Assembly: GCA_019115605.1 (NCBI GenBank)
Contig: DXDG01000005.1
Coordinates: 2,198-66,197, forward strand
Reading direction: 5' to 3'
Source: Candidatus Alistipes faecigallinarum
GTDB taxonomy: Bacteria; Bacteroidota; Bacteroidia; Bacteroidales; Rikenellaceae
DNA length: 64,000 nt
Positions 10,416 to 20,649 of the stretch are shown piece after piece. The notes beneath the pieces were generated by a model that searched no databases, was not told the origin of the DNA, and was given only the letters and a program-made list of their open reading frames with translations. The position numbers and the translations under genes were made by a program. Positions within the stretch are counted from its first letter, which is position 1; the number at the start of each line of letters is the position of its first letter.

Positions 10416-12197
10416 CTACATGCGTTCGGGAACGTCAATGCCCAGCAGCTTCATGCCGAGGCGGATGATGCGGGCGACCTGCTGTGCCAGCTGGAGGCGC
10501 AGCTTGCGCACCTCCACATCCTCCTCGCGCAGGATCGAGTGGTCGTGGTAGTAGCCGTTGAAGCTCTTGGCCAGCTCATAGACATAGGCGCCGATGATCG
10601 ACGGGGCGAAATTCTCGCCGGCGGTCTTCACCGTAGCGGGGTACTCCGTGAGCTGCTTCACCAGGGCGATCTCCTCGGGAAGGTACGAGGCCGAGACCGC
10701 ACCCGTGAAGTCGATGCCCGCCTCGGCGGCCTTGCGCAGCACGGAGCAGATGCGGGCGTGCGTGTACTGGATGAAGGGGCCCGTATTGCCGTTGAAGTCG
10801 ATCGACTCGCGCGGATCGAAGAGCATCGTCTTCTTGGGATCGACCTTCAGGATGAAGTATTTCAGCGCGCCGAGGCCCACCATCGTCGAAACGGCTTCGG
10901 CCTCCTCCTCCGTAGCACCGTCCAGCTTGCCCAGCTCGGCAGACATCTCGCGCGCCGTGCGGACCATGTCGGCGATCAGGTCGTCGGCATCGACCACCGT
11001 ACCCTCGCGCGACTTCATCTTGCCCTCGGGGAGCTCGACCATGCCGTACGAGAGGTGCGTGATGTGGTCGCTCCACTCGGCGTAGCCCAGCTTCTTGAGC
11101 ACGAGTTTGAGCACCTGGAAGTGGTAGTTCTGCTCGTTGCCCACGACATAGATCATGTCGTCGAGGCGGTTGTCCTCGAAACGGCGGTAGGCCGTGCCGA
11201 GGTCCTGCGTCATGTAGACCGACGTGCCGTCGCCGCGCAGCAGCAGCTTCTCGTCCAGGCCGTCATTGCGCAGGTCGATCCACACCGAATTGTCCTCGCG
11301 ACGGTAGAAAACACCCTTGCGGAGACCCTCCTCGACAAGCGACTTGCCCAGCAGGTAGGTCTGCGACTCGTAGTAGACCTTGTCGAAATCGACGCCCAGC
11401 GCCTTGTACGTTACGTCGAAGCCCTCGTAGACCCAGCCGTTCATCATCTCCCAGAGCGCGTAGACCTCCGGGTCCTTCGCCTCCCACTTGCGCAGCATCT
11501 CCTGCGCCTGGAGCATGATCGGCGCCCGCTTCTTGGCCTCCTCCTCCGACATGCCGCCGGCGACGAGCTCCTTGATCTGCGCCTTGTAGTGCTTGTCGAA
11601 CTCGACGTAGTACTTGCCGACCAGGTGGTCGCCCTTCATACCCGACGATGCGGGCGTCTCGCCGTTGCCGTAGAGCTTCCATGCAAGCATCGACTTGCAG
11701 ATGTGGATGCCGCGGTCGTTGACCAGATTGGCCTTGATGACCGTGTGGCCGTTGGCCTTGAGAATCTGCGCCACGGAGTATCCCAGCAGGTTGTTGCGGA
11801 TGTGCCCCAGGTGCAGCGGCTTGTTCGTATTGGGCGACGAGTATTCGATCATGATCGTGCGGCCCGTCTGCGGCGCCTCGCCGTAGTGCGCATCGGCGGC
11901 GATCTCCGCGAAACGCTCACCCCAGAACGAGCTGTCGAGCGTCAGGTTCAGAAAGCCCTTGATGACGTTGAACGATGCGATCTGAGGCACATGGGCCTGC
12001 ATGTATTCGCCGATCTCGGTCGCGGTGGCCTCGGGGGACTTGCGGCTCCGGCGCAGCAGCGGAAAGGTTACGAGCGTATAGTCGCCCTCGAACTCCCGGC
12101 GTGTCTTCTGGATCTGCAACGGCCCCCCGCCGAGCTCCCCGTAAAGCGTCTCGACCGCCTGCCGAACCGCTCCCGAAATATAGTTCTCGATATTCAT
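10416..12197 (-). CDS. argS: Arginine--tRNA ligase
   Basis: EYSSPNTNKPLHLGH, KMKSREG, GNTGPFIQYTHAR, VPERM; -7 box TAAATTTG at 12218-12225. Confidence 0.98.
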   Translation of the reverse strand: MNIENYISGAVRQAVETLYGELGGGPLQIQKTRREFEGDYTLVTFPLLRRSRKSPEATATEIGEYMQAHVPQIASFNVIKGFLNLTLDSSFWGERFAEIAADAHYGEAPQTGRTIMIEYSSPNTNKPLHLGHIRNNLLGYSVAQILKANGHTVIKANLVNDRGIHICKSMLAWKLYGNGETPASSGMKGDHLVGKYYVEFDKHYKAQIKELVAGGMSEEEAKKRAPIMLQAQEMLRKWEAKDPEVYALWEMMNGWVYEGFDVTYKALGVDFDKVYYESQTYLLGKSLVEEGLRKGVFYRREDNSVWIDLRNDGLDEKLLLRGDGTSVYMTQDLGTAYRRFEDNRLDDMIYVVGNEQNYHFQVLKLVLKKLGYAEWSDHITHLSYGMVELPEGKMKSREGTVVDADDLIADMVRTAREMSAELGKLDGATEEEAEAVSTMVGLGALKYFILKVDPKKTMLFDPRESIDFNGNTGPFIQYTHARICSVLRKAAEAGIDFTGAVSASYLPEEIALVKQLTEYPATVKTAGENFAPSIIGAYVYELAKSFNGYYHDHSILREEDVEVRKLRLQLAQQVARIIRLGMKLLGIDVPERM

Positions 12198-12323
12198 GTC
12201 CTTTTGATTTTCGACCGCAAATTTAACGCTTTTCACCGAATAACCAATCGCCTGCACCCCTTTCTTTTGGCTTTTCGCTCCGCTTGCATTATCTTTGTCT
12301 TCCGAAATACCCCGAACCGACAC

Positions 12324-13607
12324 ATGGAAATTCTCATCATCGTCATCCTGATCCTCCTCAACGGAGTATTCGCCATGTCCGAAATGGCTCTCGTCTCCGC
12401 CCGGAAGTCGAACCTCGAAATGCAGGCCCGGCAGGGCAGCAAAGGTGCACGAAAAGCCCTCAAACTCGCCAAAGACCCCGACCGATTCCTATCCACCGTG
12501 CAGATCGGAATCACCCTGATCGGAATCCTTACCGGTATCTACTCCGGAGATACCCTCGCCGCCAGGTTCGGAACCAGCCTCGCCACCCTCGGAATACCCG
12601 TCCGGACGGCAACCGTCATCGCACAGGTCGCCATCGTCATCGTCGTCACCTACCTGACCATCATCTTCGGCGAACTCGTCCCCAAACGCATCGGCATGAA
12701 CGCCGCAGAACGCGCCGCAAAGATCGTAGCACGGCCCATGGGATTCCTCGCCGCAATCGCCTCGCCCTTCGTCTGGCTCCTCGCCAAAAGCACCGCTGCC
12801 GTTACCCGAATCCTGGGACTCCGGGAGTCCGGAAGCAAGGTCACCGAAGCCGAAATCCGATCCATCATCCAGGAGGGAACCGAAGACGGGGCGGTTCAGG
12901 AGGTCGAACAGCAGATCGTCGGCCGCGTCTTCTCGCTCGGAGACCGTACCGTCGAGTCGATCATGACCCACCGAAGCGAAATCGCATGGATCGACCTCGC
13001 CATGACGCCCGAACAGATTCACGAAATCGTCGCACAGGCCCCACACAACCGATACCCCGTCGGCGACGGAAGCCTCGACAGAATCCTCGGCGTGGTCTAT
13101 CTCAAAGACCTATTCCTCCACCTGACCGATCCCGACTTCGATATCCGAAAACTGATCACTCCCGGAAAATTCTTCCACGAGGAGTTCGAAGTCTACAACG
13201 CCCTCGAACAGCTCCGCAGCGAACAGCTCGGGTACGGAATCATCTGCGACGAATTCGGTGTCACCCGCGGAATCATCACCCTCAAAGACATCTTCGAGGC
13301 GCTCGTCGGCGAACTCCCCGACCCCCGCGAGGAACCCGACATCGTGCGACGCGACGACGGTAGCGCACTCGTCGACGGGCAGTGCCCCTTCTACGACTTC
13401 CTCGCCGCGTTCGGCGTCGAGGACGACTTCCCCGCCAATGCCTACAACACCGTCAGCGGTCTGATCCTCGACCTGCTCGGACATATCCCCGCAACGGGCG
13501 AAAAACTCGAATGGTGCGGTTTCTCGTTCGAAATCGTCGACATGGACGGAGCCCGAATCGACAAAATACTCGTCACCCACCGTCCGCAAGAACCCGAAGA
13601 AGCATGA
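12324..13607 (+). CDS. HlyC/CorC (CNNM-CBS-CorC) family membrane protein
   Basis: LNGVFAMSEMALVS, FLSTVQIGIT, GELVPKR, CBS pair, DMDGARIDK; -7 box at 12290-12297. Confidence 0.92.
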   Translation: MEILIIVILILLNGVFAMSEMALVSARKSNLEMQARQGSKGARKALKLAKDPDRFLSTVQIGITLIGILTGIYSGDTLAARFGTSLATLGIPVRTATVIAQVAIVIVVTYLTIIFGELVPKRIGMNAAERAAKIVARPMGFLAAIASPFVWLLAKSTAAVTRILGLRESGSKVTEAEIRSIIQEGTEDGAVQEVEQQIVGRVFSLGDRTVESIMTHRSEIAWIDLAMTPEQIHEIVAQAPHNRYPVGDGSLDRILGVVYLKDLFLHLTDPDFDIRKLITPGKFFHEEFEVYNALEQLRSEQLGYGIICDEFGVTRGIITLKDIFEALVGELPDPREEPDIVRRDDGSALVDGQCPFYDFLAAFGVEDDFPANAYNTVSGLILDLLGHIPATGEKLEWCGFSFEIVDMDGARIDKILVTHRPQEPEEA

Positions 13608-14626
13608 AAATCGCCGACATAGACCTCGGAGAACAGCCCCTGCTGCTCGCACCCATGGAGGACGTTACGGACCCCTCGTTCCGATACATGTGCAAACGCT
13701 TCGGCGCCGATGTGGTCTACACGGAGTTCATCTCCTCGGACGGACTCATCCGCGATGCCGCCAAATCGCTCAAGAAGCTCGAAATCGACGACGCGGAACG
13801 TCCCGTGGGCATTCAGATCTACGGCCATCTGATCGAACCGATGGTCGAGGCGGCCCGCATGGCCGAAGCGGCCCGACCCGACATCATCGACATCAACTTC
13901 GGCTGCCCGGTGAAGAAGATCGCCGGACGCGGCGCCGGTTCGGGCATGATGCGCGACGTGCCGCTGATGGTCGAGATGACGCGGCAGATCGTCCGTGCCG
14001 TGAAGACCCCCGTAACGGTCAAGACCCGGCTGGGATGGGACGAGGAGTCGAAGAACATCGAGGAGATCGCCCTCCGGCTGCAGGATGTCGGCATCGCAGC
14101 GCTCACCATACACGGCCGCACCCGCGTCCAGATGTACCGCGGCGAAGCGGACTGGACCCTCATCGGCCGCGTGAAGAACAACCCGCAGATCCATATTCCG
14201 ATCATCGGAAACGGCGACGTCGATTCGGGCCCCAAGGCCCGGGAGATGTTCGACCGCTACGGCGTGGACGGCGTGATGATCGGACGCGCAACCTACGGGC
14301 GCCCGTGGATCTTCCGCGAGGTGAAGCACTACCTGCGAACCGGCGAGGTGCTGCCCCAGCCTTCGGTCATCGAGCGGGTCCGCATCGCCAAGGAGCACCT
14401 GCACAAATCACTCGAAATCAAGGGCGATCATGTCGGAATTCTTGAGATGCGGCGCCACCTGACCAACTACTTCAAGGGGCTTCCCAACTTCAAGGAGACG
14501 CGGCTGAAGCTCGTAACGTCGCTCGACATCAATGAGCTGTTCGCCACGCTTGACCTCATCGCCGAACGGTGGGGCGACTACGACCTCTCGGCAGCCGTGC
14601 CCGCCCCGCTCTCGCACGACCTGTAA
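13604..14626 (+). CDS. dusB: tRNA-dihydrouridine synthase B
   Basis: LAPMEDVTD, DINFGCP, TVKTRLGW, HGRT, GNGD, GVMIGR. Confidence 0.94.
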   Translation: MKIADIDLGEQPLLLAPMEDVTDPSFRYMCKRFGADVVYTEFISSDGLIRDAAKSLKKLEIDDAERPVGIQIYGHLIEPMVEAARMAEAARPDIIDINFGCPVKKIAGRGAGSGMMRDVPLMVEMTRQIVRAVKTPVTVKTRLGWDEESKNIEEIALRLQDVGIAALTIHGRTRVQMYRGEADWTLIGRVKNNPQIHIPIIGNGDVDSGPKAREMFDRYGVDGVMIGRATYGRPWIFREVKHYLRTGEVLPQPSVIERVRIAKEHLHKSLEIKGDHVGILEMRRHLTNYFKGLPNFKETRLKLVTSLDINELFATLDLIAERWGDYDLSAAVPAPLSHDL

Positions 14627-14642
14627 CGACCGGCCTTCCCAT

Positions 14643-14677
14643 AAAAAACGGCATCGCTGCTTGCGATGCCGTTTTTT
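14643..14677. terminator. Bidirectional terminator between dusB and mgsA
   Basis: A6-CGGCATCGC...GCGATGCCG-T6. Confidence 0.85.
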
Positions 14678-14702
14678 CATCTCCGGGATCTGCTCCCCGC
14701 AG

Positions 14703-15191
14703 CTATTTCAGCACCCGCTCGATATAGGCCTTGTAGTCCTTGACAACGGGCTTGTACGACTCGTCCTCGAACAGCGGCGAAGAGATCAGGAAGTCCGCCG
14801 TCGAGCGATTGACGGCCGTCGGCACGTTGTAGAGCGTTGCCAGGCGCAACAGCGCCTTGACATCGACATCGTGCGGCTGGGCCGACATGGGATCCCAGAA
14901 GAAGATCAGCGCGTCGATGCGTCCGTCGGCAATGAGCGAACCCAGCTGCTGGTCGCCGCCCAGCGGGCCCGACTTGAGCAGCGTGATCCGAAGCTCGGGA
15001 TGCGGCAGAGCGTTCGGCTCCTCGTCGCGATGGTGGTCACGGAGCGTACGCTCGACCATCTTGCCCGTAGTACCCGTGCACACCAGATGATGCGCACTCA
15101 ATTTCGCACAGTTCCAGTCGACCCACTCCGCCAGGTCGCGCTTCATGTTGTCGTGGGCCACAAGGGCCAGCACCTTCATCTTCTGCTCCAT
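14703..15191 (-). CDS. mgsA: Methylglyoxal synthase
   Basis: ALVAHD, TGTTG, SGPLGGDQQ, FFWDP, PHDVDVKAL. Confidence 0.97.
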   Translation of the reverse strand: MEQKMKVLALVAHDNMKRDLAEWVDWNCAKLSAHHLVCTGTTGKMVERTLRDHHRDEEPNALPHPELRITLLKSGPLGGDQQLGSLIADGRIDALIFFWDPMSAQPHDVDVKALLRLATLYNVPTAVNRSTADFLISSPLFEDESYKPVVKDYKAYIERVLK

Positions 15192-15232
15192 ACGCTCTCA
15201 CTGTTTTTAAGGAAAATTCAAATCGTTGCGCT

Positions 15233-15676
15233 CTACTCCCCGGACTCGGGCGCCTGTGCAGAAGGCTCCTCCGCAGGCTCCTCCGATGCCGGCGCAAACT
15301 CCGTGAAGCCCGCCTTCACCAACAGGTTGAACCACGAAAAGCACTTCTTCATGTCCGAAACATGCACCCGGCTGCGGTCGTACTCGGGAAGCACCTCGGC
15401 AAAATAGGCCTTCAGCTTCTCGGGATCCTCCTTGGGGCTGATCGCCTCCTTGCCGCCCGTATGGGCATAGATACGCGTGAACACCTCATGAAGCGGAATG
15501 TCGTCCCCCTCGGTGAACATCGAAATGTCCGAAAGCGCGCTCATGCGCGACTGCGCCGCGGCATTCATGCGCCGTCCGTCGAGCAACGACTCCACGATGA
15601 CGCCCCGACGCGACTGCGCCACATATTTGTAAAGTCCGGGAAGACCCGGAATGGCAAAAATCTCCCTGAGTTCCAT
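15233..15676 (-). CDS. DUF5606-family conserved Bacteroidota protein
   Basis: IxAIPGxPGLYK, SALSDISMFT, LPEYDRSRVHVSDMKK pattern. Confidence 0.8.
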   Translation of the reverse strand: MELREIFAIPGLPGLYKYVAQSRRGVIVESLLDGRRMNAAAQSRMSALSDISMFTEGDDIPLHEVFTRIYAHTGGKEAISPKEDPEKLKAYFAEVLPEYDRSRVHVSDMKKCFSWFNLLVKAGFTEFAPASEEPAEEPSAQAPESGE

Positions 15677-15706
15677 AATGATCAAAAATATTTGGGTTTT
15701 AGACTG

Positions 15707-16642
15707 TTATTCGTTCTTGACATGAACATCCATCTGCGGGAAGGGGAAGTTGATGCCCGCGGCGGGAAGCTCCTTGTAGAAACGTTCGTTGTACTCGAAA
15801 TAGACGTCCCAATAATCGGCATTCTTCGTCCAGACGCGCACCGTAAGATTCACCGAGCTGTCGGCAAGGGCCGAAACCCGGACAACCGGTTCGGCAGGCT
15901 CCTTCAGAATCCGCGCATCGACCGCGAACATCGCCAGAATCGTCCGCCGCGCCACATCCACATCATCGCCGTAGGAGATGCCCACGCTCCAGTCCACACG
16001 CCGCAGCTCGGCCGTCGTGTAGTTGTCGATGATGGCCGTGGCGATCGAGTTGTTCGGAATGTAGATCGTCTGGTTGTCCACCGTCGTGATTACCGTCGAG
16101 AAGAGCTTGATCTCCCGCACCGTGCCCGACTGTCCCTGGGCAGAGATGTAATCACCGATACGGTAGGGCTTCATTAGCAGGATCATCACCCCGCCGGCGA
16201 AGTTCTGCGCCGTGCCGCTCAAGGCCATACCGATGGCCAGCGTGGCGGCCGAGAAGACGGCGATCAGCGACGTGACGTTCACCCCGAGCGTCGAAACAAC
16301 AATGAGGACCAGCAGCAGCATGAAGACTACGCGGATCGTATTGCGCAGGAACGACCGCAGCGATACGTCCACCTTGCGCCGCTCGCAGATGCCGTCCAGA
16401 ACGCGGATCAACCGCCGCACGATCCACCGCCCGATGAAGTAGATGACCAGGGCGATGAGAATCTTCACCAGAATCCAGACCGACTCGGACAACAGATTCC
16501 GCAGCAGCGTGTCCACATCCAGACTGGTGAGTTTGCGGACCGCCTCCGCAAAGTTGGCCTTCTGCACGCTGTCGGGAACAATCAGCGGAGCCTTGTCCGC
16601 CTGGGCAAAGAGGGCGCCAAGCACGCCGTAGAGTGTATTCAT
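15707..16642 (-). CDS. mscS: Small-conductance mechanosensitive channel
   Basis: AIGMALSGTAQNFAGG, KPYRIGD, YIPN, GINFPFPQMDV; -7 box at 16670-16677. Confidence 0.92.
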   Translation of the reverse strand: MNTLYGVLGALFAQADKAPLIVPDSVQKANFAEAVRKLTSLDVDTLLRNLLSESVWILVKILIALVIYFIGRWIVRRLIRVLDGICERRKVDVSLRSFLRNTIRVVFMLLLVLIVVSTLGVNVTSLIAVFSAATLAIGMALSGTAQNFAGGVMILLMKPYRIGDYISAQGQSGTVREIKLFSTVITTVDNQTIYIPNNSIATAIIDNYTTAELRRVDWSVGISYGDDVDVARRTILAMFAVDARILKEPAEPVVRVSALADSSVNLTVRVWTKNADYWDVYFEYNERFYKELPAAGINFPFPQMDVHVKNE

Positions 16643-16747
16643 AACGATAGGTCCATGAAGTTTCGGGGACAAAAATAAAGAAAAAAAGGAGAAGTTTATT
16701 AACTTTGTCCATAATTTACAGCAGTAAGCGTAAACAGATCACTCAAG

Positions 16748-17971
16748 ATGCAGAACGACGTAGAAATTATCCAGATCAACATATCCGGAGAAGACAAACC
16801 CGGAATGACCTCCTCGCTGACCGAGATCCTGGCCCGGTACGACGCCTTCATTCTCGATATCGGACAGGCCAACATCCACCAGTCGCTGACGCTCGGAATC
16901 CTGATCCGAACCACGGCCGACAAGTCGGGAAACATCATGAAGGAACTGCTGTTCAAAGCCTCCGAACTGGGTGTCATGATCCGCTTTACGCCCATCACCG
17001 AGGAGCGCTACAACGACTGGGTGAGCCGTCAGGGCAAGAACCGCTACATCATCACCCTACTGGGACGCACCGTAACGGCCCGGCACATTGCCGAGGTTAC
17101 GAAGAGCGTCGCCGAACACGGCCTCAACATCGACGCCATACGGCGTCTGACGGGCCGCGTGCCCCTGCACAAGGACGACCGGACGGCCCGCTCGTGCATC
17201 GAGCTCTCGGTGCGCGGATCGCTCACGGACGCCGACCGCAGCGCCATGCAGGAGCGCTTCATGAACCTCTCGGAGATCGGCCTCGACGTCTCGTTCCAGA
17301 AGGACGACATCTACCGCCGCAGCCGCCGCCTGATCTGCTTCGACATGGACTCCACGCTCATCGAGACCGAGGTGATCGACGAACTGGCCGAAAGGGCCGG
17401 CGTCGGCGCCCAGGTGCGCGCCATCACCGAACGCGCCATGCGGGGAGAGATCGACTTCCGCGAAAGCTTCACCGAACGCGTGGCCCTGCTCAAGGGACTC
17501 GAGGTCTCGGTCATGGAGGAGATCGCCCATGCGCTGCCCATCACCGAGGGTCTCGAACGCATGATGACCATCCTCAAGCGCGTGGGATACAAGACGGCTA
17601 TCCTCTCCGGTGGTTTCACCTACTTCGGAAACTACCTGCGGCAGAAATACGGCTTCGACTACGTCTATGCCAACGAGCTGGAGATCGAGGACGGACGCCT
17701 GACGGGCCGCTATGCCGGAGAGATCGTGGACGGACGCCGCAAGGCCGAGCTGCTGCGGCTGCTCTGCCAGTTCGAGGGGATCAACATCGCCCAGTCGGTG
17801 GCCGTGGGAGACGGCGCGAACGACCTGCCGATGCTCAACCTCGCCGGTCTGGGCATCGCCTTCCACGCAAAACCGAAGGTGAAGGCCACGGCGCGGCAGT
17901 CGATCTCGACGATCGGGCTGGACGGCATTCTCTACTTCCTCGGACTGAAGGATTCGCGCATCGAGGAATGA
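16748..17971 (+). CDS. serB: Phosphoserine phosphatase with ACT domains
   Basis: GEDKPG ACT start, FDMDSTLI, SGGF, VGDGANDL; -7 box at 16700-16707. Confidence 0.96.
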   Translation: MQNDVEIIQINISGEDKPGMTSSLTEILARYDAFILDIGQANIHQSLTLGILIRTTADKSGNIMKELLFKASELGVMIRFTPITEERYNDWVSRQGKNRYIITLLGRTVTARHIAEVTKSVAEHGLNIDAIRRLTGRVPLHKDDRTARSCIELSVRGSLTDADRSAMQERFMNLSEIGLDVSFQKDDIYRRSRRLICFDMDSTLIETEVIDELAERAGVGAQVRAITERAMRGEIDFRESFTERVALLKGLEVSVMEEIAHALPITEGLERMMTILKRVGYKTAILSGGFTYFGNYLRQKYGFDYVYANELEIEDGRLTGRYAGEIVDGRRKAELLRLLCQFEGINIAQSVAVGDGANDLPMLNLAGLGIAFHAKPKVKATARQSISTIGLDGILYFLGLKDSRIEE

Positions 17972-18738
17972 TCCGGCGCTGCGCGATAGCTGCGGCCATG
18001 CTGCTGGCCGCGGGTTGTTACGACGCCCCTTACGGAGAGCCGGACGAGGGTGCGCAGCCGCCCCGGCACACCGAGACCATCGCCACGCTCCGCAAACGAT
18101 ATCCCGGAAAGACGCTGCTGCTCGAAGGCGATATCATCGTCGAAGGGATCGTAACGAGCAGCGACGAGGGCCGGAACTTCTACCGCTCGTTCTGCATCGA
18201 GGAGGAGGGCGCAGGTATCGAGATCATGGCCGGCATCGACCAGCTGCACAACGACTACCCCGTCGGCTGCCGCGTCTCGCTCTCGCTCAAAGGCATGGCG
18301 CTGGGCGAAAGCCGCGGCGTACTGCAGATAGGACGGATGCCTGCACCCGAAAGCGGGTATGCCACGGATTACATCGGCTCGAAGCCGGCTCTCGACCGTA
18401 TCGTAACGAGGCACGGCGAAACGCTGCTGCCCACAGAACCGGCAGCGTACGGAATCGGAGACCTCACAACGGAACAATGCGGGACGCTTGTCCGTATCGG
18501 CCCGGTGCTTTACCGGCCCGAAGAGCTTTCGGAGGCGACGTGGGCCGGATACAAGCGTTTTGTCGACGAGAAGGGCGCGGAGATATACACCTATGTACGC
18601 AATTATGCCCGGTTTGCGGAGGAGGAGGTGCCGTTTGAACCGGTCATGCTCGCGGGAATCCTCCAGTACGACGAGACGGGCGAAGGCCGATACATCATCA
18701 AACTGCGCGATGAGAAGGATTGCCGGAAGATTCAATAG
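17968..18738 (+). CDS. DUF5689 (OB-fold) lipoprotein
   Basis: Lipobox AAGC; IVEGIVTSSDEGRNFYRS...YPVG...LQIG; ATGA overlap with serB. Confidence 0.75.
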   Translation: MIRRCAIAAAMLLAAGCYDAPYGEPDEGAQPPRHTETIATLRKRYPGKTLLLEGDIIVEGIVTSSDEGRNFYRSFCIEEEGAGIEIMAGIDQLHNDYPVGCRVSLSLKGMALGESRGVLQIGRMPAPESGYATDYIGSKPALDRIVTRHGETLLPTEPAAYGIGDLTTEQCGTLVRIGPVLYRPEELSEATWAGYKRFVDEKGAEIYTYVRNYARFAEEEVPFEPVMLAGILQYDETGEGRYIIKLRDEKDCRKIQ

Positions 18739-19510
18739 CACCGTCGCATGCGGCATCTGCGTTGCAATGCTTGTGGCGGGATGCGACAAGGCAACCCGGC
18801 CGCAGATCGGCGGGGAGCAGCCGGCGACGAACAGCATCGTCTATCTCAAATCGCTCTGCGACGGCCGCAGCAGCATCGTCGTAACGGAGGAGATCACCAT
18901 CGAAGGGTTCATCACGGCGAACGATCTCTACGGCGAGTTCTACAAGTCGCTGGTTCTGCAGGATGCAAGCGGAGGAATCACCGTGGCGGCCGATCTGGAG
19001 TCGGTGGCGGAGTTCTGTCCCTTCGGATATGTGGCTACGCTGCGCTGCCAGGGGCTCGTGCTGACCGACTACGGCGGGAAGATCCAGATCGGCACCGTGT
19101 CGGAGGGAAGCGGCGCAGGACGTATTCCCGAAGAGGATTTCGCCCGCTACGTCAGCGTGCGGGTTCCGGCCGGGGACGAGACGCTCCGGGCCAGGACCAT
19201 CACCCTCGGGGATCTCTCGGAACGGCTCATCGACACGCGCGTAAGGATCGACAACATACACTTCACGCAGCCCGGTGCGACGTGGTGCGATACGGACCCC
19301 GAAACCGGGCGCAGCATCACGACCGAGCGGACCATTGCCGACAAGCAGGGCCGGACACTCGTCGTGCGGAGCGCAGGCACCTGCTCCTATGCAAGAGAGC
19401 CCCTGCCTTCCGGCACGGGCTCCCTGTACGGTATCATCGACTATTTCAACGGGAAATACACGCTCCGCGTAACGAATCACGACGTCGTATTCCGCGACGG
19501 TCAGCGCTGA
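18710..19510 (+). CDS. DUF5689 (OB-fold) lipoprotein, paralog
   Basis: Lipobox VAGC; [40 protein letters not shown]. Confidence 0.75.
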   Translation: MRRIAGRFNSTVACGICVAMLVAGCDKATRPQIGGEQPATNSIVYLKSLCDGRSSIVVTEEITIEGFITANDLYGEFYKSLVLQDASGGITVAADLESVAEFCPFGYVATLRCQGLVLTDYGGKIQIGTVSEGSGAGRIPEEDFARYVSVRVPAGDETLRARTITLGDLSERLIDTRVRIDNIHFTQPGATWCDTDPETGRSITTERTIADKQGRTLVVRSAGTCSYAREPLPSGTGSLYGIIDYFNGKYTLRVTNHDVVFRDGQR

Positions 19511-20514
19511 AGCGCCTCCCAGAGCATATCCTTCAACTGCGGGATGTTCAGGCCCGAGACCGAGGAGATGAAGATCGACGGAACCCCCTCGGGCAGGTGG
19601 GCGCGCATCTCGCGGATCAGCTCCTCGTCCAGCATGTCGCACTTGGTGACGGCCAGCAGCCGCTCCTTGTCCAGCAGTTCGGGATTGTACTGCGTCAGCT
19701 CGCCGAGCAGGATGTCGTAGTCGCGGCGGATGTCGTCGCTGTCGGCCGGGATCATGAACAGCAGCACCGAATTGCGCTCGATATGGCGCAGGAAGCGCGT
19801 ACCGAGACCGCGGCCTTCGTGCGCGCCCTCGATGATGCCCGGAATGTCGGCCATGACGAACGACTTGTGGTCGCGGACCTCGACGATGCCCAGGTTCGGT
19901 TCGAGCGTCGTGAAGGCGTAGTTGGCGATCTTCGGCTTCGCGGCCGAGACGACCGACAGCAGGGTCGATTTGCCCGCATTCGGGAAGCCGACCAGACCGA
20001 CGTCGGCCAGCACCTTCAGTTCGAGGATAAAGGCCCCCTCGTCGCCCTCCTCGCCGGGCTGCGCATAGCGCGGCGTCTGGTTCGTGGCGCTCTTGAAGTG
20101 CCAGTTGCCCAGGCCGCCACGGCCGCCCCGCAGCAGCACGAGGCGCTCGCCGTCGGCGGTAACCTCGCCGACCAGCTCGGTCGTCGTCGTACCGTCTTCA
20201 AGCTCGACAACACGCCGGGCGACCGTGCCCAGCGGCACGGGGATCACGATATCCCGGGCATCCTTGCCCGAAGAGCGGGCGCCCGAGCCGTTCTGACCGT
20301 CCTCGGCAAACTGGTGCCGCTGGTACTTGAGGTGGATGAGCGTCCAGTACTGCTTGTCGCCCTGCAGCACAATGCTGCCCCCGCGGCCGCCGTCGCCGCC
20401 GTCGGGACCGCCGAAGGCCACGAACTTCTCGCGGCGGAAATGGGCCGAACCGGCACCGCCGTGCCCCGAGCGGGCAAAGATCTTCACGTAATCTACGAAA
20501 TTGGAACCTGCCAT
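19501..20514 (-). CDS. obgE: GTPase ObgE
   Basis: [36 protein letters not shown]; -7 box at 20550-20557. Confidence 0.97.
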   Translation of the reverse strand: MAGSNFVDYVKIFARSGHGGAGSAHFRREKFVAFGGPDGGDGGRGGSIVLQGDKQYWTLIHLKYQRHQFAEDGQNGSGARSSGKDARDIVIPVPLGTVARRVVELEDGTTTTELVGEVTADGERLVLLRGGRGGLGNWHFKSATNQTPRYAQPGEEGDEGAFILELKVLADVGLVGFPNAGKSTLLSVVSAAKPKIANYAFTTLEPNLGIVEVRDHKSFVMADIPGIIEGAHEGRGLGTRFLRHIERNSVLLFMIPADSDDIRRDYDILLGELTQYNPELLDKERLLAVTKCDMLDEELIREMRAHLPEGVPSIFISSVSGLNIPQLKDMLWEALQR

Positions 20515-20649
20515 AGTCTGTCTATCTATTCTCCGCTTGTTTTCGCCTGCAAAGATAATGCAATCCGGAACGTGAACCAAATCCGGAGGTTGCAACCCAT
20601 GCAGCAGGGCCGCCGCGGTGTGCGGCGGCCCTGTTCGCTTTACGGGGGA

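Noticed and set aside
10410-12323. N-terminal extension making hlyC a 1065-aa ORF
   Set aside because: Antisense to argS; the real start is 12324, right after a TATCTTTG box
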